DNA from: Streblomastix strix
Taxonomy: Eukaryota
Reading direction: 5' to 3'
Length of the DNA: 41,003 bases
NCBI GenBank assembly: GCA_008636045.1
Contig: SNRW01000020.1
Coordinates: 1 to 41,003 of the forward strand
The translations under genes were made by a program, and so were the position numbers. How positions within the stretch are numbered: the first letter of the stretch is position 1; every line of letters begins with the position of its first letter. Below are positions 1 through 10,560 of this stretch, piece by piece. Below the pieces are notes generated by a model. The model was given only the letters and a program-made list of their open reading frames with translations. It had not been told where the DNA came from and made no database searches.

Positions 1-96
1 ATAATAATAATAATAAATATCATTAAAACTTAATAGAATAAAAATTGTAATATAATAATAAATATCATTACAATTTAAAAGTATAATAATAATAAC

Positions 97-225
97 CTAA
101 AAGAATCCCTCTAATCCAGTAACATTAGCTTTCAAAGCAATCTCTTTTTAATGCTACAATTGTGCTATTGCTTCTTTTGCTATCTCAGCATTTATATCCT
201 TAATATTAATAAATAGTGATTAAAG

Positions 226-311
<86 letters not shown>

Positions 312-1939
312 TTAAAAAAACAGAATTTTTAAATTTATTTAATTGAATTTTATTTCTAATATTGATCATACATCCTATTCAAGTTTAGCCAAATCTTCTC
401 CATATAATTCACGAGCTTTCAAAATTTGATCTATATTCACCTATGAAAAATAAATTTAATATAAAATTAAATTAAATTAAATTAAATAAGAAAAAATATA
501 AAAATTATATTAGAAGCAAAATAAACAAGTAATATTATATACCTATTTATAATCTAAATATGCGAGTGTGCGAATGGCAGTAACTGAAATTATATAATAA
601 TAATAAAAATAATTTTAAATAAAATATTATCAAATAAATACATAAATAAATAAATTTCTATAAATCTTCTTTTTTTTCTTTCTTTCATTATTATTTATTA
701 ATACCTCCTCCTCTTAACGATATGAACCCTCCTCGTTATGCAGCTAAACGACTGATTTCAACGGATGTATTATGAACTCCTATAAATTGTAAGTATATTA
801 AATGTTAATTAAAAAATAATGAAATAATAAATGTTAATTATAAAATAATTATTGAAAATAATGTATAATTAATTTAATTTAATAAATCAGTAATAAAAAT
901 AATACCGATCATTCCAGTTGTTGTTCCACCTGCTCCAAGAATAGCGACATCATTTGCTGCTTCAGTTACTATATATAATATTAATATATAATATATGATT
1001 GTTAAAATTTCTACTACATAATACAAATACTGCAAACCAACATTTCCAGGTGCAGCAATTAAATCAGAAATGTTTCCAATCAGCGATTCGATTCCACCAA
1101 TTGTGCCTCCTCCTTATTATAAATATAATAAATAAAAGGAAAATAAAAATATATTAAGAAAATAAATATATATAAGGAAAATAATTATAATTTTGAAATA
1201 ATGGTAACATAGGATATTTATTAATTTATAATAACAAACCTGCACCTCCTTTTCCTGCTCCTCCTTATGCACCACCACCTCCTATACAATATATATAGTA
1301 TATATTTAATGTAATATTAAATTAATTATTATAGTTTCATATTATATATTAATTCATATTAATGATTTATATATATTAATTCATATCAATGATTTATATA
1401 TTTTAATTCATATTAATGATTTATATATATTCATATAAATACCTCCAGCACTAGATGATACACCACCTTCTGATCCTGTTCCTCCACCACCTCCTATAAT
1501 AGAAATATAAATGAATTATAATAAAAATTATAATAAAAATAAATTATTATTAAAATTATAATTAAAATGTATTAAGATAGAATTATAATATAAATGAATT
1601 AAGATTAAATAATAATTCAATTTAATAGAATCAAGTTAAAATATTATTAATTGAATTCAATTTATTTCCATTTAACTTATACCTTAAAGTGGATATGAAA
1701 GGTATGCAAGGATGAATGTTTGATACTCCGAGTCTTACTATAGATAAAGAAGCATAAATAATAATAATTAATATAATAATAATAATTATAATAATAATAA
1801 TTATAATAATAATAATAATTATAATAATAATAATAATAATAATTATAATAAAAATAATAATAATAATAATAATAATTATAATAATAATAATTATAATAAT
1901 AATAATTATAATAATAATAATAATAATAATTATAATAAA

Positions 1940-1972
<33 letters not shown>

Positions 1973-3315
1973 TATAATAATAATAATTATAATAATAATA
2001 ATAATAATAATTATAATAATATTAATAATAATAATAATAATTATAATTATAATAATAATAATAATATTGAATTAAATATTATTAATAATAATAATAATAA
2101 AAATTATAATAATAATTATAATAATAATAACAACAACAATAATAATAAATTATTTAATAAATTTGATTTGATTTTCTAATTACTCTCATTTCAATTTGTT
2201 TTATTTATTATTATTAATGAATTATCAGACCTTTGCAATAGGATTTCCAATTAATGTCAAAGCTTGAAGATTCTTCAATGCTCTAAGTGGCTTCAACTAT
2301 AATATAAATATGAAACAAACATAAAATTAATGTTTAATTAAATAATAAATAAATATCAAATTAAATTAAATTAAATAATAAATAAATATTAAATTAAATT
2401 AAATAATTAATATATCAAACTAAATTAAATAATAAATATATATCAAATTAAATTAAATAATAAATATATATCAAATTAAATTAAATAATAAATATATATC
2501 AAATTAAATTAAATAATAAATATATATCAAATTAAATTAAATAATAAATATATATCAAATTAAATCAAATAATAAACATATATCAAATTAAATCAAATAA
2601 TAAACATATATAAATATCAAATTAAATAATAAATAAATACAAATAAAAACCTTTTCAACATCTTCAATTTCATTGTCTCCAAGTGAAAGTATTTGTAGTG
2701 ACTGTAAAGATGCCAAATTAGTTATCTCTTTGATCTTGTTTGCAAAGAGAGACAGTTCCTGTGTTGAATAACAGATTAATTGGATAAAATAAATAACAGG
2801 ATGTAAATATAAATATAAATAATAATTAAAACCTTCAAATTAACCAAAGTTTCTAATCCGCCATCTTTTGGAATTTCAGTGATTTGATTGAAGCTCAGAT
2901 CTTATAATAATTAATATAAAATATAAATTAGATATTTTTTTATTAAAATTACATATTAACCAAGAACTTCGAGGGTGACAAGTGAAGTGAGGTTTTCAAT
3001 CTTCTTTATGTTGTTGTTGTCCAGCTTCAACACACGCAGATGGGTAAAACCTTGCAAGTTTTCAATAGTTCGAATATCTGTAAAAAAATTATGGAAAATG
3101 GAAAATTTATACAGTAATATAAGCCAAAAAATTGAGTAAATGACAAAAGGAGATTTCAAACGTTTGAAGGACAGAACGATGCTGGGTGCTAGCGAGATCT
3201 TGTCAACAACAATTCGTTGCTTGGCAATGCTTTTACTAATCAATTCCTCATTAATGACCTTGATAATTGCGTCACGGTCGAGCGGCTTGTTGCGTTTTTT
3301 AATTCCTGCGTCCAT
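97..3315 (-). CDS. DRC3: Multi-exon leucine-rich-repeat protein, dynein regulatory complex subunit 3 (LRRC48/DRC3)-like; 3' end runs off the window
   Basis: Spliced GT-AG exons give SDS22-type LRRs (IRTIENLQGFTHLRVLKLDNNNIKKIENL, DLSFNQITEI, ELSLFANKIKEITNL, LSLGDNEI, LQALTLIGNPIA). These are followed by an LRRcap (EYQTFILAYL...LAYLDYKQV) and a coiled-coil start (KARELYGEDL..., ALKANVTGL). The ORF-track entry 2956..3315 reads through the first intron (~3080-3160). Confidence 0.8.
227..311. repeat. (AAT)n microsatellite in a DRC3 intron
   Basis: Perfect aat run. Confidence 0.95.
1757..2150. repeat. Long imperfect (AAT)n/(AATTAT) microsatellite in a DRC3 intron
   Basis: About 400 bp of aat units interrupted by tat/aaa. 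Confidence 0.95.
2340..2640. repeat. ~28-bp intronic minisatellite (aaattaaattaaataataaatatatatc)
   Basis: Multiple near-identical tandem units. Confidence 0.85.
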
Positions 3316-4024
3316 CCTGTTTCAAAGTTAAATTTGAAAAAAAGTTATTAAAATATTAATATTAAAATTATTTGATTGAAATAATAATTATGTAATTTGA
3401 AATTTAAACAATATTTCATTTGCTACAAGCACATCATTGAAAAAATAATAAATTCTTGTTCCAAAAAATGATAATTTGAAAAGAAATAAGCTTGAAATAC
3501 CATTTAACAGACAATAGTTTGAAATCAATATAAAATAAGTTCGAAAAAATACTTATAAACGCTTGAACTGTTGTATATTTTTAAAATCTCATACAAATCG
3601 ACTAAAAACATTAACTTTTTAAATATTTTCACTATATATTTAATTTAATTAGAAAATAGTATGTAAACATATTAAATGGTTCTTTGTGACAAAAAGTCAA
3701 AAAATTAATTTTACTCATCCTTACAATGTCTATATGTTTTAAAAAATCATTGATTATATATAGGTTATATTTTTTAACTGAATTTATTTATTGACTATCT
3801 CTAATTTGATATTAAATTTAATTTTCTTTTAATTCAAATTTTTCTACTTATATACTTTTTATATTCTAAAATATAATATAGTTTTTATTTAATAATAGTT
3901 TTTATCTAATTTATACGTTTATCTATTAAATATTATACTTTTGAACTGCCGACTGTTTAAAATATATTTTTTTTGTTTAAACTTTATTTTTTAGATTATT
4001 TGATTTATAATTTAAATTCTTGCA

Positions 4025-5356
4025 ATGATTGTCTACATTGTTCGTCAGTATACAATTTTTTTGATAATTTATTTTTATTTTCATTAACAACAGCGGTGAA
4101 ACAGAAGCGAATAGGAAAAAAATTTGCCAAGGCTAAACTGAAGAACCACTCAATTCAACTGGATTAGATTAGGTATTTATTACATATTCTTCTTCATAAT
4201 TTATATGTATTGAATTTATAGGCACGAAGTGTTGCATAGTAGTTGCGCGAAGTTTAGTTTGATTATGCTTTCTGCAGTGATTTGTTTAGAACAAGAATGG
4301 TATTCTTTATATAATTTTTATTTTTACATCAATTTCATATTTTTAATATCATCAGACTATACAAGAGATTCTTAAAGCAAATATCTAACAATTTAACGTA
4401 GTTTTTACCCCATTACTTCGTGAAATTGGTATATTTATTTATTTTATTTTTTTTTTGTATTGATTTGAAATTTTAATTAATTTTTTTTGATAGATGCTGG
4501 AATTGATGTTGGCATGCCAGTTGGTCATTTCTTCAGAGTGGCAAAATAAAGAGGAGAAAACTTACGAACTGTATGTATATATTTAATAAATTATTAATTT
4601 ATATTTTTTTATTTAAAGGCCAAGCATGAAGGTGGTGAAAGCAGAGATGATGCATATAAGAGAGCGTAACTATTCATAAGAGATTAACTTTTCCCAATTA
4701 CTCTGAAAACAACAATTGATAAACAACACATTGAAGATTTAGATTAAAAAGAATCAATTAAGCATATAGAAGATAATGATCATATAACAAGAGTGCTTAT
4801 AGTATCACATGGAGGATGTATATGCGAGCTTGTACGTGCATTATAAGCATCTGCGCATTCATTCCATCTTTCGTCTGATGTTCTACAAGCCGATTAAACA
4901 TTACCTTAAAAAACAAGACTAACCTTTTCATCCTCTACAACTTAGATGGATATACCAACTGATCATCTGAATATAATTGAAAATAGACTATTTTAGTAAT
5001 CTATACATTCATTAACTTCATAGAAGTAATCTATACATTCATTAACTTCATAGAAGTAATCTATACAAGAGATTTAAGTTCCAAAACAAAGATCTTCTTC
5101 TTCATTAAGGTAAATTCCATCCATTCAAAAATTGAAAAAAAGCCCTTCAACTGTTTCTACAATACCAAAGTAGTTAACTCTTAATCCTCCTAATTGTAGC
5201 ATTTAATTCTTCTTCTTTTAAGCTTAATAATGTTAAATTCAAATATAGCCAAAATCATCTGCAATTAGAGTTATGCGAGTTTAATAACATAAAAAATTTT
5301 CAAATCAGAAAAATGTTGATGTTTATACAATAGCTATAAACGTGCAATTATTTTGA
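4025..5356 (+). CDS. Histidine phosphatase / phosphoglycerate mutase family protein (TIGAR/CobC-like), 5 introns
   Basis: Spliced with TAA/TAG=Q it reads MIVYIVRH|GETEANRKKICQGQTEEPLNSTGLDQ|ARSVA...CSDLFRTRM|...LLREI|DAG...|GGESRDDAYKRA...VLIVSHGG...PPNCSI, ending in TGA at 5354-5356. The RHG, SDLxR, LRE, GES and VSHGG motifs are all present. Confidence 0.9.
4995..5067 (+). repeat. 30-bp tandem repeat (~2.4 copies) inside the phosphatase CDS
   Basis: agtaatctatacattcattaacttcataga repeated; frame-preserving. Confidence 0.9.
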
Positions 5357-5619
5357 ATTTGATCACTAATATTTATTTTATGTATTTATAATAAAATTAC
5401 ACCCCTAACAAGCTAATAGCTAAAATGAGACTTACTTTAAAAGGAAGTGATAATATGAAAAATAATGAATTTATCATTGAATGAACAAACACAACAAAAA
5501 CTATATTATTTAAACTTTTATTTTTTTTAAAAAAAACATGAATTACAATTATTCTTTAATCCGAGAAGTATATGATTTAACAATAATTACAGTTCAACAA
5601 TAGAATACATTCAAAATTA

Positions 5620-5800
5620 TCATCTTGTTCGAATTTATATCCAATTAGACCTATCTCTTAAACATTTCAAAATATCACTTTTCAATCTTTTTGAATAAAT
5701 CATGATATTGCCATCTTGTCCCTAATTTGAAATTTAGCATTCTTTTTCTTCATTTTCACCTTCTTCTTCTAATTATTCAAATACATTTTTTAATTATATT
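5620..5800 (-). pseudogene. 3' remnant of an unknown host gene, truncated at the element's left edge
   Basis: Reads ...VFEQLEEEGENEEKECQISNQGQDGNIMIYSKRLKSDILKCLRDRSNWIQIRTR-TGA with no start codon or upstream exons visible. Confidence 0.45.
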
Positions 5801-5840
5801 TATTAATTTAATGTTGATTTCAACTATATTTGTTTATGCA

Positions 5841-6917
5841 ATGATGGAAGATTAAAAAGTAATTTAACATCAATAATTTAGAGGAATAATTTGAAGATAA
5901 AACTATTTCTTAGTGGTTTAAGATTTATCTTGATAATTTTTAAAAGTATCATGCTGAACGAATAAAGCACAATGTTAAACCATAAGTTAAACCTAAGATT
6001 TAACAGGATCCATAAAGAATTAAGCATCCATTTAGGAGTAAAGTTAAAGATAAAACAGATATAGTATAAGATATTAAATTAATACCCAGAAAGAAGTATT
6101 AACGTCCATACTTCTCACCTGAATTAGGGAGCTGGGAAATTGATATTATATTTATAATGCATCCAACAGTTAATAAAATAATTCAATAGTATCTATTTTG
6201 CATTAATATTAACTCTAAATATTTAGTTGTATTTCCAATCAAAGATAAATCAGCTAATGAACTATTAAAATGTTTAAGATTACTTAAGTCTAATTAACTT
6301 GTTTCTAATATAAGATCATATGGTGAATCTGCGTTAGGCAGTAAATAGATTAAGTAATATCTTCACGAAAATGATATAAAATACTTCTATAATTCATCAC
6401 CATTCGTTAATAAAAATAGAGTAGTTGATTCAGTGGTTAGAACGATAAGGAATGCGTTCGAAAAAGATCCTTAACAAATGGCTAGTAATAAGTAATTATA
6501 ATAAGTTGTAGATGATTATAATAACACAAAGCACACAACTTTTAAATAAAAATTCTCTCCTAAATAAGTAAATGAGAATGAGGATTTAGAATGAATATAC
6601 GTTAGATAAAAAATGAAAGAATTAACTAATGTAAAGGAATAACAATATAAAGATAATCTATAGGATCTAAAGAAAGGAAATATTATAACTGTACATCTTG
6701 ATTTGAAAAAACAACTCATGGATTTGAAAAATAACGTAGATAATTTAATGAAATAGCTACTTTTATAAAATATGAACATGAAAATGTTATATGTGAACTA
6801 TTGAAACCGTATTTGGATATTAAAATTATCGAAGTTCCAATCTATTACACAAATAAAGTTGCAAATAGTATTGAAACATTAAAAGACAAATATAAGGGAA
6901 CATTTAAACTGCAATGA
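5841..6917 (+). pseudogene. Retroviral-type (rve) integrase of Polinton type, disabled
   Basis: RPYFSPELGSWEIDIIF...YLFCININSKYLVVFPIKDKS...IRSYGES...NKNRVVDSVVRTIR...YNNTKHT...FEKQRRQFNE. The second catalytic Asp position is Tyr (6319-6321), there is an in-frame TGA at 6592-6594, and a frameshift near 6706-6711. The 5' start is unclear. Confidence 0.88.
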
Positions 6918-6938
6918 AAATTTTTTCTCGATAAATAA

Positions 6939-7214
6939 ATGGACACAGAAACCTTAAAACTTACTTAAAAAGTCGAAAGACCAAAGAAATTTTTAACAGA
7001 GTAGGAAACATAAGAAATGGCTAAGAAATAATGTGTGGAAGCTAAAAATAGATAACGTTTAAAGTAAAAATAATTTAAAGAATAAATCTCAGATTATTAA
7101 GCAAAATTAATAGATATATTAAATAAAACACTAATATAAGATGATATATTAGAATAAATTTTTTAATTAATTTAACCAAATCCTTAAGAGTAATAATCTT
7201 CATTTCTTGCGTGA
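6939..7214 (+). CDS. Small basic element protein (91 aa) with an RPKKFLT motif and probable coiled coil
   Basis: Open from ATG to TGA under table 6: MDTETLKLTQKVERPKKFLTEQETQEMAKKQ... Confidence 0.6.
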
Positions 7215-7712
7215 TTTTCGTCCAATATTATTTTTGAGTTTTGCTTAAGCTTTTAGTGTACTCTTTAATTCTTTATCTGTTAAATAGTTTTTCTACTTTT
7301 TTGGTTAGTTTATTTTTTCTTCTTCAGTCATTGGTTTTATCTTTGGATATACTGATAATCCTTAATCAATTATTCTATAAACAAAATCATTAATTTATGT
7401 AAATGGTCTTTTATTATAGTGAGGATTTACTGGTTCTTATCCCCAATTCAATCCTCCAATATATTATAATTCTCTATTAGTTTGTGCATTATCTTATTCT
7501 AGTTCTTCTTATTCTTAGTCTTGTTCCTTTTCATTTTAAATATCTTCTTACGTAGCATCAGTTTGTTGAGCAAAATTAGTCTATTAATCTGTGTTTTGAG
7601 AGTAATGATTTAATTCTTATTAAGATTTTATTTAGTAGCGATTATTTCCTCCAAATTATTCCATTATCTCATCATCACTATCATATGGGCAATTTTCATC
7701 ACAACCAATAGT
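7200..7712 (-). pseudogene. Element hypothetical protein with acidic N-terminus and basic C-terminus, frameshifted
   Basis: TIGCDENCPYDSDDEIMEQFGG...GGLNWGQEPVNPHY...YLTDKELK...GRKSRKK-TGA. It converges on and overlaps the 3' end of the 6939 ORF. Confidence 0.45.
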
Positions 7713-8096
7713 CTATAAAATTTCTTATATTTGAATTTAAAATAATTTTAGTAGTAAAAATCACAAATTATATATATGTCAAAACTGCCTGGACAAAAAA
7801 TATTTTTTTGTTTAAAAATTTTAAAATTCAAATTTTTTATTTTTTTATCAGAATGAAATTTAACTAAATTTATATATAATTAAATATAATTAACATTCAC
7901 AATTTTAAAAATAGTAAAAAAATTAAAATTGCATCATTGATCGTAAAGTCGAAAAAAAATATAATTTAAAAATATCTATTTTATGTCTAGGCTGTTTTGA
8001 CATATATATAGTTTGTGACTTTTACTACTAAAATTATTTTAAATTAAAATATTAAAAAATTTATAGACTAATGTTTGTGATGAAAAATGGCCATAT
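7683..8096. repeat. Inverted repeat with 118-bp arms (7683-7800 / 7979-8096) and a 178-bp spacer
   Basis: Ungapped hand alignment gives 13 mismatches in 118 positions (~89%). The arms contain AGTAGT (7750-7755) and ACTACT (8024-8029). Confidence 0.92.
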
Positions 8097-8159
8097 ATAC
8101 TTGAATCAAGAACTGATGCGACAATTTTATTTAATACTTATTATAGTGGTTAACCTAAT

Positions 8160-8640
8160 CGATCATTGATGTTAAAATTGTAATCATTATTTGTTTCTTA
8201 TTATGATTATATCTATTATGGTGCCAAAATTTATTACACCAATTATTATGTATAATTTGCATCATTCACTAATCTCATGGGGTCAAAATATCCAAATATT
8301 CTTTCTTTTTAACCTAACCTTTCAATCCTTATATTCCAGCATAAACTTCATATGCAGAAATATAAGTATCGTTTTGGTGTATCTACCTTATTAAATCCAA
8401 ATAATTTTATTATCTTATATTACCTTAAGCTATCTAAAGTTTTTCAATATTCTTTAAAACTTATGGAACTTTTGCTATATTTGAAGGATAAACAGTATGT
8501 CCTAAATGTAAAAAAGGTTTCTTTAAATACATACGTTCCTTTACATTAGTTGCTGTTGGTTTATTCTTAGGTCGTCCTATAGGTCGTTTTGGATCAACTG
8601 ATTTAGTTTTTTTGTTTTTACATCACGTTTTGATATTCTA
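8160..8640 (-). pseudogene. Element hypothetical basic protein with an AT-hook-like motif
   Basis: KSVDPKRPIGRPKNKPTATNVKERM...; in-frame TGAs near 8270-8280; start unclear. Confidence 0.45.
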
Positions 8641-9042
8641 ATTATAGTTAATTAATATTTTAGTAATAAACAAATGGAAACAAAATAATAACCTATTAAA
8701 GGTAATTCAATTTGTTGGGATATTCTGATTATCATTTCAAGCATTATTTAGATAACTTTTTTGTTGAAATGATATTATTTTTTTAGATTAAAAATATGGC
8801 AAAAATAAATAGTGAAGAATTTAAGACTTATTCAGCGTTTTTGAGCTAACTGATATCATGAGTAACAAAAAATGATCCTGAGATAGAGTTGAGATTTATA
8901 CTTGGATAATACAATAAACGCCTCAAGATGAAATAATTAAAAGAAATTGTTGAAATAACTTAAGAAAATAGCTTTTCAGCAGTAATGAAATTGATATAGT
9001 ATTTAAATGAAAGATTGTGAGTTTTATTTTTGTATTTATGAA

Positions 9043-10512
9043 ATGACTAATATTGGCTTACAAATTATCAATTCAGATTCAGATATGGATTATGTAACAT
9101 GGTAAACAACTATCCCTAGCGGTTGTTAAAGCTTTTAAGTAAATAGTATCAATAACATTCAAATTAATTTGATATATTATTTGTACAATGATAATATAGA
9201 AATATAGCATAAAATTGAATCTGCAGAATAACGGAAAATATATTTTTAACAATAGATTATAGAGGATCAGTTTCATTGTTAATTGCTAGATAGATTATCA
9301 CCAATACGTATTAGTTTGAGTACAGCAATAAATAATGCTTAAAATGGTGATCAAACAATATAGGGATATAAATGTACTCAATAATTAATGTTCTTATCAC
9401 TAATATAATATGATGAATTTACAGATACAATTGAAAAATATTTTAGGACTTAATCAATTTTGAATAGTGGGGCAATATGCTTTAATAATGCAACTAACGA
9501 ACACGTTTAAAAATTATAGATTAATCTACTCACATTAAACTAGAATTATGGATAAGATTTAGAAAATTCAGCAATCAGTTACATTAATCTTAGAATTGAT
9601 GCATTTCTCTATCACTATTGGATCTTAGATTCCACAGTTAATGAGTTATATCGAATGATTGGATTAATTCGATTATATTGTCCAACATCAAATAATTATA
9701 TAATATCAATTGAACCTAAATATTTTACATAAGGTAATGGATTATCAATAAGATACCTTTTTGGTAAGTAAGTTGATATAAATGCTAATGGAACATTTAC
9801 TACATCTGATTCTTAACCAATTAATGTACAACATTTAACAATGAAATAAATCATTAATAATATTAACACATTTCCAGTTAGAATTATCAATTCATTACCA
9901 GTTTTTAGGATTGTTGAATGGTAAGATATTTATACAGTTGTTGGAAGAACTAATTACTATGGTTAATTTATATCATAAGTTGCGACTGATTATTGTTAAT
10001 AAAATAACACTTATTGATTCGTTAATCGTATACTTTTTTCTCCAAATCTATACGTATAGTTAGTTGGTGGATAAAATTTATATGATGGATAAAATGAAAA
10101 TGGAGCCAATTAATTAGTAAATTTTTCATCAACTATTAAGTAAATTGATCTAGAAGTATGGTTTTATTAAACTTATCATAATAATGAAAGCTTAGAAGTT
10201 GATCTTCCAATATTTTGTCCATATATAGGAAAATTTCTAGAATATCCGTAAATGCTAACAATTTGTGTTTAAAATCAATTTTAAGGAAAAACTCTTTGAT
10301 CAACAGGTGGTAATGGATTCTCTAATGTATGCTTTAAACAAAATTTGATTGATGCGCCAGTATTATGGGGATAGAATATGATGAGTCAGTAATGCTTAGT
10401 GGGTTAGAACAAATCGTTAGTGTTTACATTATATGATAACTTTGGAAGAAAGATACCTATTTAATATATGAATATGTATAATAATTTATTGTTAGAGATA
10501 TAATTTTAGTGA
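9043..10512 (+). pseudogene. Putative minor capsid (penton) protein
   Basis: 490-codon frame, beta-strand-like composition, C-terminus SLVFTLYDNFGRKIPIQY...LLLEIQFQ resembling Polinton/virophage penton ends. In-frame TGAs near 10015 and 10297. Confidence 0.6.
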
Positions 10513-10560
10513 GACATCTAAATTATTTCTGTTCTAAATTGGTTTTTTATTTTATAACAA

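Noticed and set aside
2340..2640. CRISPR-like array
   Set aside because: Head-to-tail tandem units with no unique spacers, inside a eukaryotic intron, with no cas genes.
7750..8029. Independent MITE bounded by AGTAGT...ACTACT
   Set aside because: The inverted homology continues 67 bp outside these motifs and no TSD is seen, so they are not the ends of a discrete insertion.
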